From positions 369,302 to 433,301 of the forward strand of contig JBILLK010000006.1 in NCBI GenBank assembly GCA_044376115.1: a DNA stretch of 64,000 nucleotides, given 5' to 3'. This DNA is from Polyangiaceae bacterium. Lineage in GTDB: Bacteria; Myxococcota_A; Polyangia; Polyangiales; Polyangiaceae. Both the position numbers and the translations under genes were made by a program. Positions 18,328 to 28,504 of this stretch are shown in pieces. Every line of letters begins with the position of its first letter. Position 1 is the first letter of the stretch. Under the pieces are notes generated by a model, which made no database searches, was not told the origin of the DNA, and was given only the letters and a program-made list of their open reading frames with translations.

Positions 18328-19895
18328 CGAGCCGTTCGTCGCCTGCGCAGGCGTGTGGCGAGCAACGCTGCGAGGCCGAAGACGAAGCCGAGCCCGCCCG
18401 TTCGAGCCTGCGAGCCTGCGGCGCTCTGGCAGTCGCAACCGCTGGAATCACCGAGCAAGCCGGCTCCACCGCTGCCGCCGCTTCCACCGCTCGCAGCGGC
18501 ACCGCCGCTGCCACCTTGCGAAGCGCCGCCGCTTCCACTTCCGCCACCGCCCGAGCCGACGAGCAACCCGCCACCGCCGCCGCCGGCACCGCCGCTGCCC
18601 GGGTTGGGATCGGCCACGCATTCACCGCTCGTGCAAACCTGACCCGCGGGGCAAACCACGCCGCTGCAACCGTCGCTGCAGGTGCCGTCGGGCTGGCACA
18701 CGCCGCCGTTGGGGCAATCCACCCCGATGCAGGCGTCCAAGATGCAGAGCCCGCTGGCCTCGCAGGTTTGCCCGCCGGGGCAACCTGCACATTGGCACTT
18801 ATCGATGCAGGCGCCGCCGTCGCAAACCTGATTGCCGTCACAAACGATCGCGTCGCACGGATCCAAGCAGGCTCCGGCGAGGCAGATTTGATCGGCGGGG
18901 CACACCGCACCCGCGCAGGGATCCACACAGTCTCCGGCCACGCACTTGGTGCCGTCGGGGCAATCCACGCCTTCGCACGCTGGGTCTACGCAGATGCCCT
19001 TCGCGCGATCGCAGGTCTTATCGGCGCTGCATTGGAACTCGCCGCCGCCGCAGTTCGGCACGCAGTTGCCGTTGTCGCAGACCTCGCCGGCGAGGCACAG
19101 CTCCCCGTCGTCCACCGAGCCGTTGCAGTCGTTGTCGAAGCCGTCGCAAATCTCGTTGCTGGGGTCCATCAACGGCACGCAGGCGAGCACGCCGTTTTGG
19201 CACTGATTCGTACCGGCGGCGCATACGCCGGGCTGGCCGGTCTGACACTCGCCACCGCCGCCCGAGCAGGTGATGCCGGTGACGAAGGTGGTCAGATCAT
19301 CGAAGTCATTGTCGCCGCCGGAGATCAGATCTTCCCAACCGAAGTAGAAGGCGTTGGGCACGACGGTGCTGTTGTAGACCAGCAAGTGGACGTACGGATT
19401 GGCCTGGTTGGAGTCGGGGTTGTAGGCCTTCTCGCTGTAGAAGATGTACGCGTAGTTGGCCGGCCCGCTGTTGGGGTTGCAACCGCCGGTGACCACGCCC
19501 TCGTAAAAGCCGATCTCCCCGCCGAGGTAGGCCGGGTCATTCTGGATGTTGGGCAACGGTGCCACCGTGCCGACCGGGTCGCTGCATTTGATGAACTCGT
19601 GCAGGTCCGCCAGCGAGGGCTGGGAGCCGGTGACGTTGTACCAGCCGAAGGCGTTCTGATAGCCAGCGTTGCGTTGCAACACCTCGAAGGTGAGAGAGCA
19701 GCTCGGTTGGAAGGTCTCCGGCACCGCCGCCGCCGCAGCGAGCGCGTTGATACTCTCACCGCGGAAGTCGAACAGGCCTTGCAGCCCGTTGCCCTGCGGG
19801 ATGGGCGTACCGTCCGGCTGATTGAGCGCCAACGCGGGCGACGCAAGCACCAGAGTCGCGAGCCCAAGTCCGAGGGAAGCAACACGATTGCGCAT
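18324..19895 (-). CDS. DUF4114-domain, Cys-rich surface protein with a MYXO-CTERM-like C-terminal anchor
   Basis: AGYQNAFGWY, FGWEDLISGGDNDFDD, EICDGFDNDCNGSVDDG, multiple Cys repeats, and a GCDC..TM..RRRR tail. Confidence 0.8.
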   Translation of the reverse strand: MRNRVASLGLGLATLVLASPALALNQPDGTPIPQGNGLQGLFDFRGESINALAAAAAVPETFQPSCSLTFEVLQRNAGYQNAFGWYNVTGSQPSLADLHEFIKCSDPVGTVAPLPNIQNDPAYLGGEIGFYEGVVTGGCNPNSGPANYAYIFYSEKAYNPDSNQANPYVHLLVYNSTVVPNAFYFGWEDLISGGDNDFDDLTTFVTGITCSGGGGECQTGQPGVCAAGTNQCQNGVLACVPLMDPSNEICDGFDNDCNGSVDDGELCLAGEVCDNGNCVPNCGGGEFQCSADKTCDRAKGICVDPACEGVDCPDGTKCVAGDCVDPCAGAVCPADQICLAGACLDPCDAIVCDGNQVCDGGACIDKCQCAGCPGGQTCEASGLCILDACIGVDCPNGGVCQPDGTCSDGCSGVVCPAGQVCTSGECVADPNPGSGGAGGGGGGLLVGSGGGGSGSGGASQGGSGGAAASGGSGGSGGAGLLGDSSGCDCQSAAGSQARTGGLGFVFGLAALLATRLRRRRTAR

Positions 19896-20007
19896 CACCA
19901 AAGCTTACAGCCAGCGCAGGCTGAGCTGCAGGTCCAACTTGGCCCTTCAGCGCAGCAAACGGAGCGCTCTTGGGCCTACATTGGAGCGCAGCCGCGGACG
20001 TCGCGAG

Positions 20008-20406
20008 TTACGGCCTGAGCGTGCTCGAATCGAACTCGAGCGTGTCTTTGCCGCGGCCCGAACAGATGCAGGCCACGAACTTGTGGCGGTTCGGCTTTTG
20101 CGGATCTCGTTCGGTCGAGGGGCCGAGCTTGCCCTGCTCGAAGCCGTCGGCTTTGCACTTGGTCTCGCAGGCTTTGCGGATCGCTACGTCCTGCTGACTG
20201 ACGCCGATCATGGCGGTGCAGCCGCCGAAGCACCCCAGCACCACCGCGCCGCCGAGCGCCAACTTCTTCGCGCGTCCATGTTGCCCGCGCGCCAGCTCAT
20301 TGAGCACGCGGAACTGCTGGGACTTGGCGATCCCGCCGCTCGAGAAGACCAGACCCAGGAAGGTTGCCGCAGCCACCATGAACAGCGCTGCCCCGACCAA
20401 CATCAT
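20008..20406 (-). CDS. Hypothetical membrane protein with a Cys-containing extracytoplasmic domain
   Basis: Two hydrophobic segments followed by CETKC and CIC. Confidence 0.55.
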   Translation of the reverse strand: MMLVGAALFMVAAATFLGLVFSSGGIAKSQQFRVLNELARGQHGRAKKLALGGAVVLGCFGGCTAMIGVSQQDVAIRKACETKCKADGFEQGKLGPSTERDPQKPNRHKFVACICSGRGKDTLEFDSSTLRP

Positions 20407-20447
20407 TGGGTCATTCCTAAGCGACGCTGCTGGGGAAGTCGAGATCG

Positions 20448-20729
20448 CTACATGGTGAGGGCCAGTTTGGCCTTCTCGCCGGCGTGCTTTTTAACGATGG
20501 CTTCGACCTTCTGCTTGATCTCGGCAGCCTCGCCCTTCGGCGTGGAGGAGAGGGTGACGTTCACGGTCTTGTCCCCGTTGTTGATGTTCACACCAACGTT
20601 TGAGTCCACCCCGAGCTCGTTCTTGATGTCGTCGCGAATGGCGTTGGCCTCCTTGAGCATCTCGCAGCCAAAGAGCGAGGTTGCCAGCGCCGCGCCCGTC
20701 AGACCAAGCAGAAGGTTCCTTCGTTTCAT
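20448..20729 (-). CDS. Small lipoprotein (possibly Tat-exported)
   Basis: MKRRNLL followed by lipobox LFGC. Confidence 0.7.
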   Translation of the reverse strand: MKRRNLLLGLTGAALATSLFGCEMLKEANAIRDDIKNELGVDSNVGVNINNGDKTVNVTLSSTPKGEAAEIKQKVEAIVKKHAGEKAKLALTM

Positions 20730-20850
20730 GGCCGCAAGCCTATCGCTGCTTCAACGGCCAGGGCGAGTTTAGCGCGCTAGCGAGGCTTAGCCGTTGACTG
20801 TTCGAGGCCGCGCAATCTTCGTTCAGCGCCCAGGTGGCGTTGGTCTGCAC

Positions 20851-21948
20851 CTACCAACTCTTGGCCAAGGGATGACAACGCCCGTCGCTGAGCTGACAAC
20901 CGGGACTGCAATAATCGTGGGCCATCGCTCCGGTGCCGCACCATTCGTCGGGGGCGAGCTTGCGGCCGGGGAAGTGCTGCTTGATGCAGGCCGTCTGACG
21001 CGGGCGAACGGCCTGACCCAAGGCGAAGGGACGTCCTGGCGCACCTCGTTCCCACGCTTCGGCTTCGTGTTGCGAGAGCGCGGTGAGAGCCTTGATTCGC
21101 TCGTCGAGCAAGGCTGGTGCGGCTTCGGCGAAGGCCAAGCGGGTGATCTCGATGTGCGCCAGCGCCTCGTCGGGACTTTCGGCTTCGGCCTTCGCGAGAG
21201 CCGAGAGCGCAGCGAGCTCCTGCTCGAACACCGCTGCGACGCGCTCGCTGCCGACCTCGAGCTGAGCGACCGCGGATTCGTTGACGAGGGAGTAGGCGCG
21301 CAGATGCCCCACGCGAAAAAAGATGAGACCGATGCGCTCGGGATGGGCGCGAACCTCCTCTTCCGGTACCAGCGCGCCATCGAGGGAGAGCGCGCGCCGC
21401 TGCTCGAGATCGACGATGACCGTGGTTGGCAAGAGCTCGATGCGAACCGGTACGAAGGCGCCCTGATCCCGCTGCAGAACGGCGCCGGCGAGGCTCGGCC
21501 AGACCAGCCGCTGCTGCGCGAACCCCGCGCGAAAGACCAGCTTGGTCCAGGCGTCGGAGAGGCGCAGCTCGCGATCATCGCGCTCATCGAGGACGTTGAA
21601 GTCGGGCGCTTTGCCGTACTGCGGCTTGCGCAAGAGCGGCGCTCCCGAGGGCGAAAGAGCGCGCGCCTCTCCGTCGCGTACCCAGGCGTAGACAGCTCGC
21701 TGCGAGAGGTCGGTGAAGGGCCGTAGCGCGATCGGGGCCGCGACCGCTGGGACCGCTGGGGCGACCGGCGCAACCGGGGCGAGGGCCGCCGCGGGCGGCG
21801 CCGCCACGTGCGCTTTAGGCACAGCCTCGGCTTTCGCCTGGAGCGAGGGTCGAGCTTGCTGCTCGGCGGGCCACGAGGAGCGCGCAGCGCTGGAGCCCGA
21901 GCAGGCCGACAAAGCCAGAAGCAGTGTTCGCGCGAAGGCTTGGTTCAC
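20851..21948 (-). CDS. Hypothetical lipoprotein with a Cys-rich C-terminus
   Basis: Lipobox LSAC and an Ala/Pro linker. Confidence 0.6.
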   Translation of the reverse strand: MNQAFARTLLLALSACSGSSAARSSWPAEQQARPSLQAKAEAVPKAHVAAPPAAALAPVAPVAPAVPAVAAPIALRPFTDLSQRAVYAWVRDGEARALSPSGAPLLRKPQYGKAPDFNVLDERDDRELRLSDAWTKLVFRAGFAQQRLVWPSLAGAVLQRDQGAFVPVRIELLPTTVIVDLEQRRALSLDGALVPEEEVRAHPERIGLIFFRVGHLRAYSLVNESAVAQLEVGSERVAAVFEQELAALSALAKAEAESPDEALAHIEITRLAFAEAAPALLDERIKALTALSQHEAEAWERGAPGRPFALGQAVRPRQTACIKQHFPGRKLAPDEWCGTGAMAHDYCSPGCQLSDGRCHPLAKSW

Positions 21949-22046
21949 TCGTCACAGCGTATCAGCTCGACGAAAAGGTGAGCCATGCGTGACAAAATCG
22001 TACGTCAGGGCTGTTCTTACGCTGATGAATCCTCTACGTCGTCGCG

Positions 22047-23171
22047 ATGGCTCGACTGCCTGCAGGGCTCGCCGAGATTCGATCGCTCACGGCCTCCGGA
22101 CTGGACCTGATCGTCCAGATGCCGCTCCTTTCCGAGGCCATCCATCGGGCCTTCCCCAGCTTCAGCTTGTCGATGATCCGGGTGGACGACGGCTGCGCGC
22201 CTCGCGAGCACTACAGCGAACACTTCGACGAGTGGAGTCATCGCCTTTTCGCCGACAGCGGGCATCTTTTCGCGGCCGCGGGGAACGACCCTGCTGCCTT
22301 CGGCCGGTTGCTGCGCAATCGGCGACCTGTCGGATCGCTCCTGCGCGCGTCCCCCGAGTACCTCGCGGGAGGAACGTACCAACACTTGTTCCAACGGAAC
22401 GGTATTCATCACTGTCTCGACGTCGCTGTGCGTAGCGCCAATGGTCCGCTGGGCATCCTGGGCGTCTTTCGCGAGCAGGCGGCGCCGCCCTTCACTACGG
22501 AAGACGTCGCACGCATGTCGCTGGTCTACGACGACATCGTACATGCGTTCGAGGCCCGCCAGCTCGTTGGCCCTTTCGACGAGATCGAGTCAGCCGTGCT
22601 GGTGGTGGATGGGCGCGGCGTCATTGAGTGGGCCTCGCCGACCGCGCGAACGTGGTTGGTGGAGGCAGCGGTGGCCGAAGAACGAACGCTGGTAGCCGAT
22701 CGTGCGCAGTTGCCGGCTGCTGCGGCCGAACTCGCGCGTTTGCTGCGCTCTGGACGTAGCGCCGAGGCGACTCCGACGTTGCTATTGCCCGTGGCAGGGG
22801 GACGGCTTCGTCTGCGCGCGTACGGGCTCGCGGCAGCGGCCAACGCCGTCGGTGAATCGGCCAAGGTGGCCATCCAACTTTCGTTCGAGGCCTCGCGACT
22901 GCTCCGCATCGAGCGGGCGCTGGCCTGCTTGCAGGTCCCGCCGCGGCTGCGCGAGGTCGCCCTGTGGCTGTATCGAGGTGAGGACGCAAAAGCCCGTTTG
23001 GGCGTGACCCAGGAGACGTTCAAGTCGTACCGCAAGGAGCTCTACTTGCGGCTCGAGGTTTCGAGCGTCGAAGGGCTTCGTCAGCGCCTCGATCAGGCGG
23101 CTTCGACGTCGCGTCTCGATCTCGAGCGGCAGCGGCCGCGACAAGCCATCGTCCCCCCCTCGGGGGGGTGA
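22047..23171 (+). CDS. LuxR-type helix-turn-helix transcriptional regulator with a GAF-like N-terminus
   Basis: C-terminal PPRLREVALWL...LGVTQETFKSYRKELYLRLEVSS. Confidence 0.7.
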   Translation: MARLPAGLAEIRSLTASGLDLIVQMPLLSEAIHRAFPSFSLSMIRVDDGCAPREHYSEHFDEWSHRLFADSGHLFAAAGNDPAAFGRLLRNRRPVGSLLRASPEYLAGGTYQHLFQRNGIHHCLDVAVRSANGPLGILGVFREQAAPPFTTEDVARMSLVYDDIVHAFEARQLVGPFDEIESAVLVVDGRGVIEWASPTARTWLVEAAVAEERTLVADRAQLPAAAAELARLLRSGRSAEATPTLLLPVAGGRLRLRAYGLAAAANAVGESAKVAIQLSFEASRLLRIERALACLQVPPRLREVALWLYRGEDAKARLGVTQETFKSYRKELYLRLEVSSVEGLRQRLDQAASTSRLDLERQRPRQAIVPPSGG

Positions 23172-23203
23172 TGATGGGCGCCGAAAGGGCGCAAGCTTGC
23201 GCC

Positions 23204-24106
23204 ATGCGAACTCTTATGTTTTCGGCGGTGGTGGGCTTGTTGGGCGTGGCGTGCGTCGTCTCGGAGGGCTCTGGCGGTTCGGGCGGTGTTGGAGGCTCGG
23301 GAGGCGGAGGCGACGGCTTGGGTGGAACGGGCGGTGCGGGAGGTCAGGGTGGAGGCTGCTTCGTCCCGACTCCCTTGGCAGGAGCTGGCGAGTTCGTCGC
23401 GGTAGACGGTGCCTCGTCCCAGCTTTTCACCTTCACCATCCCGGACGACGCAGAAGGAGGTGTCGTCACCGTCACCATCAGCGGGGACCAATTCTTCAGT
23501 GAGATTCGCATCGCTGGAACCGAGGGATACCTTGAGATCCTTAACGGCGGCGGCAACCCTTCTGCCAGCACGCAGTTCGTCGCAGCTCCCTCGGTAACGT
23601 ACGAAATCGAGGTCGATGAAGGCTCGGTATCGGGGACGGACGAGTCGCAGGAGGTCACGGTTTCTTGGTCGCTAGCGAGCGTGGTGGACTGCTACGAGCC
23701 GAACGACACCGTCGCCCAGGCGCGACCGCTTGCGTTGGGTGAGACCGTTGAGCCGTTCTTGTTTGCCGGCCACACCAGCAACGACTGGCCAAGTTACGAG
23801 GACCACCACGACTTCTTTTCGGTCGAGGTCACGACGGCCGGGCAACTAACGGTAGAGCTTGTACCCCCGATCGCGAGCAGCGAGGCGGAGACCACCATCG
23901 CGACGGCGCTGCAGGTGCTCGCAGCCGATGAGACGGTGCTGCTCGACAGCTACGTGCTCGAAACGGTGATTGAGGAGGTGCTCGAGGTTGAGCCAGGTAC
24001 TTACTTCATTCGCATTGAGCCGTTTGTGTCGCCGCCCTTCACCGAATCGGTGGGCATCGGGGCCAACTGGACCAAGCCGTACCAGCTCACCGTGAAGGGC
24101 CAATAG
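23204..24106 (+). CDS. Lipoprotein with pre-peptidase C-terminal (PPC)-like domains
   Basis: Lipobox GVAC, Gly linker, DCYEPNDT, DHHDFF, PGTYFIRI. Confidence 0.7.
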   Translation: MRTLMFSAVVGLLGVACVVSEGSGGSGGVGGSGGGGDGLGGTGGAGGQGGGCFVPTPLAGAGEFVAVDGASSQLFTFTIPDDAEGGVVTVTISGDQFFSEIRIAGTEGYLEILNGGGNPSASTQFVAAPSVTYEIEVDEGSVSGTDESQEVTVSWSLASVVDCYEPNDTVAQARPLALGETVEPFLFAGHTSNDWPSYEDHHDFFSVEVTTAGQLTVELVPPIASSEAETTIATALQVLAADETVLLDSYVLETVIEEVLEVEPGTYFIRIEPFVSPPFTESVGIGANWTKPYQLTVKGQ

Positions 24107-24164
24107 CCCAAGCGGCTCGCACGAACGCCGCGAGGCCGCTCAAAAAGCTCGCTATCGTGTTGGG

Positions 24165-25154
24165 GTGAGCTTTCGCGTCGGGCGTTGGGAACTTAGCTGC
24201 GGTGCCCTGATGCTGCTGCTTGCAGCGTGCAACCTCTCGGCGCGCGGGCGGACCTTCGAGGGCGAAGAGGAAGGTGTTTCCAACCCGGTGCGCGTGGTGA
24301 CGTCCGCTCGGCGTGCGAGTCAATCGGCGCGCCCGACGAGCGGCGCAAAGCCGGCACCATCGCCGACGACGAAGCCCCAGCCGCCCAACGTCTCGCCAGC
24401 TCCGCTACCAACGGTGCGGCCACCGCAGCTCGAACCAACGGCGCCGCTTGCGCCGGTTCCGCCGCCGCCAGCGCCGACTCCGGTACCGCCGCCTCCAACG
24501 CCTGCTCCAGTGCCGCCGCCTCCAGCACCCAGCGAGGATCGCACGCTGGTTCGGCGTTGGCTGACCGAGGTCACGCTGGGCACCGAGTTTGGCGGCGCGA
24601 GCACCGTCGTTCGTCGCTTTACCAGCGGGGTTCGCGTGAGCGTGATGAAGGGGGGCAACACTGGCCGCAAAGAACTCGAGGCCGCGGTGGCAGCGCTCGA
24701 CGGCCTACTGCGACCAACCGGCGTCCCTGTCGAGCTGGTCGCGGACGGCGACCCCACGGCGAAAATCAAGGTCTTCTACGCTGCGCAGGCCGAGTTCCCG
24801 AGCATCGGCACGGACAACGGCTTCACCTATGTCGAAGGCAACGCAGGCTACTTCCACGCCTTCTGGAACAGCGACTTCGAGATCGATCGCGTCTTCGTGC
24901 TGCTGGCGAGCGACAAGCTCAGCGGCGACTCGCTGCGGCATTTCACCTTCGAGGAGCTCACGCAGTCGTTCGGTCCAGCGCGCGACTCGGACCTCTATAG
25001 CGACAGCGTCTTCTTTGCCGATGGCTCAGACGGTGGTAGCGCGACCCAGTTGAGTGGGCTCGACCGCAAGCTGGTGACCTTCCTCTACACCCAGCTTCGG
25101 CCCGGGGACGACCAGCTGAAGGTGCAGCGGGCCTTCGACCAACATTGGCACTGA
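24165..25154 (+). CDS. Pro-rich lipoprotein with a DUF2927-like domain
   Basis: Lipobox LAAC, poly-Pro linker, FEELTQSFGPARDS..DSVF. Confidence 0.7.
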   Translation: MSFRVGRWELSCGALMLLLAACNLSARGRTFEGEEEGVSNPVRVVTSARRASQSARPTSGAKPAPSPTTKPQPPNVSPAPLPTVRPPQLEPTAPLAPVPPPPAPTPVPPPPTPAPVPPPPAPSEDRTLVRRWLTEVTLGTEFGGASTVVRRFTSGVRVSVMKGGNTGRKELEAAVAALDGLLRPTGVPVELVADGDPTAKIKVFYAAQAEFPSIGTDNGFTYVEGNAGYFHAFWNSDFEIDRVFVLLASDKLSGDSLRHFTFEELTQSFGPARDSDLYSDSVFFADGSDGGSATQLSGLDRKLVTFLYTQLRPGDDQLKVQRAFDQHWH

Positions 25155-25205
25155 CGGGCGCGGTGCTCCCCACGAAGGCGAAGCACCGCACGATGCAGCG
25201 TCAGC

Positions 25206-26714
25206 TCAGTTCTGCGTCAACGTGAGCGCAAAGGCTCCGCCGGCGCTCTGGTATGCGTCGACAAAGATGGTCACCGGGACCTGCGCCGTAACCGGGATGG
25301 TTAGTGATTCATCCTGGTTGCCTTGGAAGTTCACGTCGCTGCAACCAACCTGCGTCGCGCCATCGAGGCAGTCGGTGCGAGCGTAGACCCCCATGTCTAC
25401 GTCTCCCGTGGGCGCTAGCTCGATCGTGAGCATGCCGGTGGTCGCCGGCGTGTACACGTACAAGCTCTCATTGCCCGCCGTGCCTGCGCCGAAGGAGCAA
25501 TCCCCCCCGTCGACCGGCGCCTCGAACAGCGTGGTCCCGCTGCTGGTGTTGCCCATCGTGGTGCCCGTATTGATGACGGTGGCGGCGTTGCAGAAGAAGT
25601 CGAGCTCGACCTCGCACAGCGCGCTGCAGCCATCGTCATCCATGACGTTGGTGTCGTCGCAGGTCTCCGGCAGCGTGACGTTGCCGTCACCGCAGACGGC
25701 CGGGGTGAAGGTCGCGGTCAAGTTGAACGCCCCTTCGGTGCCGGGTTGATACGCGTCGACGAAGATGGTCCACGTCTCTCCACCCTGCGCGCCGATGTCG
25801 ACGATCTCGGTGGCCGCGCCGTCCTGGTTGTTGTCCGAGCAAGCGGCCTGCGTGGTCGGATCGGCGCAGCCGCTCCGGACGTACAGCGCGAGATCGCCAT
25901 CGGTCGGGTCGGCCTCGAGGTGGAGCTGGCCGCGAGCAGGCGTGGTGAAGGTGAAGATCTGCTCACTGCCCAAGCCCGTCACGAACGGGCAGCTGCCCGC
26001 GAACAAGCTCGATCCATCGCCGGTATCCCCGGGCTGCGGCTGTAGCGCGACGGCGGCCATGGTGCAGGTTTCCGCGATCTCGGCCGCGCACATCGTGTCG
26101 GTCAGACAGTCGCTGTCGGTGCAATCGGGCAGCTGGTCGAGATCATTATCGCCGCCGTCCATACAGAGCTCGGGGGAGATGCAAAGGCCGAGCTGCGGGT
26201 CGCCTTCCTCCAGCTTGCACTCGGCCGTCTCCACCGTGCACTGCGCCGAGTTGGTGCAGGCGGGGACGCAGCCTTCAACGCCGCCAACGTCCACGCAGCT
26301 GTAGCCGTCACGGCAGGTGTCACTGCCACAAGCATCGACGCAGAAACCACCGCCCACCAAGTTGCAGACCTCTCCCTCGCATTCGGAGTCATCCATGCAA
26401 CCGATGCTGCACATACCGGCGGGGAAGCCGGAGTTCAGCTCGGAGATGCAGACGAGATCCCCGCACTCATCGTCGCTGCTGCAGGGGTTGCCGATCAGCG
26501 TGGGCGTCATCATCGTGCCGCTGCTCGCGGGGGCAACCACAGGCGGCATGCCGCCGGTGTCGCCGCCGGCCGTACCGCCAGCGCCGCCGGTGTTGCTTCC
26601 GCCGGTATTGCTGCCGCCAGAGCTGGCGTCATCACCGCAAGCCGCCGCACCCAACGCGAGCGGGGTGCAAAGAACACAAAGAAAAAGAGAACCAAGATTG
26701 CGAATGGAGCGCAT
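25206..26714 (-). CDS. Cys-rich lipoprotein with PPC-like domains and a myxobacterial disulfide repeat
   Basis: Lipobox AAAC; CGDGNVTLPETCDD..DDGCSALC; two DLALYVR..C...IFVDAY repeats. Confidence 0.8.
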   Translation of the reverse strand: MRSIRNLGSLFLCVLCTPLALGAAACGDDASSGGSNTGGSNTGGAGGTAGGDTGGMPPVVAPASSGTMMTPTLIGNPCSSDDECGDLVCISELNSGFPAGMCSIGCMDDSECEGEVCNLVGGGFCVDACGSDTCRDGYSCVDVGGVEGCVPACTNSAQCTVETAECKLEEGDPQLGLCISPELCMDGGDNDLDQLPDCTDSDCLTDTMCAAEIAETCTMAAVALQPQPGDTGDGSSLFAGSCPFVTGLGSEQIFTFTTPARGQLHLEADPTDGDLALYVRSGCADPTTQAACSDNNQDGAATEIVDIGAQGGETWTIFVDAYQPGTEGAFNLTATFTPAVCGDGNVTLPETCDDTNVMDDDGCSALCEVELDFFCNAATVINTGTTMGNTSSGTTLFEAPVDGGDCSFGAGTAGNESLYVYTPATTGMLTIELAPTGDVDMGVYARTDCLDGATQVGCSDVNFQGNQDESLTIPVTAQVPVTIFVDAYQSAGGAFALTLTQN

Positions 26715-26827
26715 GGGTCAGACTTATCAGATCCGCTGCTTCAGGCGAACCCTGCGCTTGCGTGAACGGCTGCGCTTTTTGGCTCGTTTGCGCTTCGCCC
26801 TGCAGCTTCCCGGCGTAGGCTGCCGCG

Positions 26828-27865
26828 ATGGACTTCACCGAACTCGCGAGCTTCGAAGCGGCGCACAAGCACCTGCCCTGGCCCTGGCTCGCGATTCACG
26901 GGCGGGCGTTTGCGTATGTGAGTGGCTCAGCTGCGATTGAGACGCGAATTCTGGAGGGCGAGGCGCTTGTTGCAGGTCCGAGCTTCCCGCTGCCACACGA
27001 CCTCCATCTGCCAACGACCCGCCTCGCGGCGGGCAAGCTCCACGCGCTGCCGCGTGGGTTGCGGGCGCTGGCCGTTCGCAGCGACGCCACACTCGTTGCC
27101 CTCACCGGCATGGCCAAGCAAGGTAGCGTTCTGGTCACGCTTGGGGTGGGTGCGGAGGAGGTCCGATCGCGCGTTTCAACGCTGCTGCCAAACGATTTTC
27201 TGCTGCATGCGGTGGCCTTCGATCGTAGCGGGACAAAGCTCTGGGTCTCGGCGGAGAGCAAAAGTGAAACGGCGCTCTTGCTGCTCGACGCGCAGAGCCA
27301 TCGGGTGCTGGGCGCCCTGCGGAGCGCTCCATTCCCACCGCCTTCGGTGCATGAGCTACACGTTCATCCGCAAGATGACGCTGTGCTCTTGCTCGCTTCG
27401 TGCGGCCAAGACGGGACCTTCGCTCGGGTTGCCGGCTTTGCCGGAGATGAGCCGCTCACCGCGATCCCGACCGCGCTCGATGATGCCGGTGATCCCGCGG
27501 GCTTCGTCGGTTTTTCGGCGGATGGGGCGCGTGTGCATTTGGTGGAGGACGCGGTCTTGCGAACCCACGCCTGGCCCGGCTTGCTCGAACTCTCCTGCGC
27601 CGAGCTGGCCGACGACTTCGCCTCGGCCTACTCCGGCGTCGTGCTCAGCGATCGTATTTTGCTCGACGGTCACGATGCAGAGGAAGGCGACGAGGACCTC
27701 GTGATGCAGTTCGACCGCAGCGCGCTCGTGGGCCGCGTGCTCAGCAGCCCGGCGCCGAACGGCATGTGGCTCGGTCGCTTGGGCGCTGACGCCCTCGTCA
27801 CCATCGAGTCGAAGGGCGAACCGTCGCGCGGGAAGGTGCTGCGGGTGAGGAAGCTCGCCGACTGA
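26828..27865 (+). CDS. Hypothetical protein (possible beta-propeller)
   Basis: Long ORF with typical codon bias; repeated AFDRSG/GFSADG turns. Confidence 0.6.
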   Translation: MDFTELASFEAAHKHLPWPWLAIHGRAFAYVSGSAAIETRILEGEALVAGPSFPLPHDLHLPTTRLAAGKLHALPRGLRALAVRSDATLVALTGMAKQGSVLVTLGVGAEEVRSRVSTLLPNDFLLHAVAFDRSGTKLWVSAESKSETALLLLDAQSHRVLGALRSAPFPPPSVHELHVHPQDDAVLLLASCGQDGTFARVAGFAGDEPLTAIPTALDDAGDPAGFVGFSADGARVHLVEDAVLRTHAWPGLLELSCAELADDFASAYSGVVLSDRILLDGHDAEEGDEDLVMQFDRSALVGRVLSSPAPNGMWLGRLGADALVTIESKGEPSRGKVLRVRKLAD

Positions 27866-27961
27866 TTGCGTGCGTACTGCCAGGAAGGCGCGGGGGCCAG
27901 CATAAGAACGTGCTTTGCTCCGGCTATGAAAATGTTGCCGTTGGTCCCGTGTACGCGATGG

Positions 27962-28405
27962 ATGAAACGTCCTCTTGCAACCCTGACATTGGCGGCAGTG
28001 ATCGTGTTTGGCGTGGGTCTCCCTGGGTGCGGCGACGACGCAAGCTCGGGAGCCGGCGGCAGCGGTGAAGGCGCTGGTGGAGCGGGAGGCGGGGCAGGTG
28101 AAGCCGGCGGTAACAGCTGCGGCTCAGCGGTCTTGTCCTCCTGTACCCAGGTCGACAGCGACGGAGCTGCTACCCAATGCATCGAGATATTCGCCGCTGA
28201 GAGCCAGGTCTTTATCGACGATTGTGCCGCGCAAGCAGGGTCGACCGTGAGCGCTTCGGCCTGTGATTTGACCGGCGCCAATGGGGCCTGTGTGCTGTCG
28301 ATCGCAGGGCTCGAATGCCAGCGGGTATGGGACTACGTCGCCGAGCCTGCCGAGCTCAAGACGTTTTGTGAGGATTCGGGCGGTGAGTACGTCCCGGTGC
28401 CCTGA
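27962..28405 (+). CDS. Cys-rich lipoprotein
   Basis: Lipobox LPGC, Gly linker, paired cysteines. Confidence 0.7.
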   Translation: MKRPLATLTLAAVIVFGVGLPGCGDDASSGAGGSGEGAGGAGGGAGEAGGNSCGSAVLSSCTQVDSDGAATQCIEIFAAESQVFIDDCAAQAGSTVSASACDLTGANGACVLSIAGLECQRVWDYVAEPAELKTFCEDSGGEYVPVP

Positions 28406-28504
28406 GGCGCTGCCAACGGCCATTCACCGTCCTGGTTGAAGGAGGCACAAGTCGTTGGTTTGCTGCATCGGCCTTCGGCGGATTGCGCTAGGGTCGGCAT
28501 CACG

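Noticed and set aside
18200..20018. Long plus-strand ORFs (357 and 591 aa) and similar shadow ORFs such as 10553-11929, 19822-20772, 38457-39587 and 57391-58668
   Set aside because: They are antisense or off-frame shadows of well-supported genes in high-GC DNA and have no motifs of their own.
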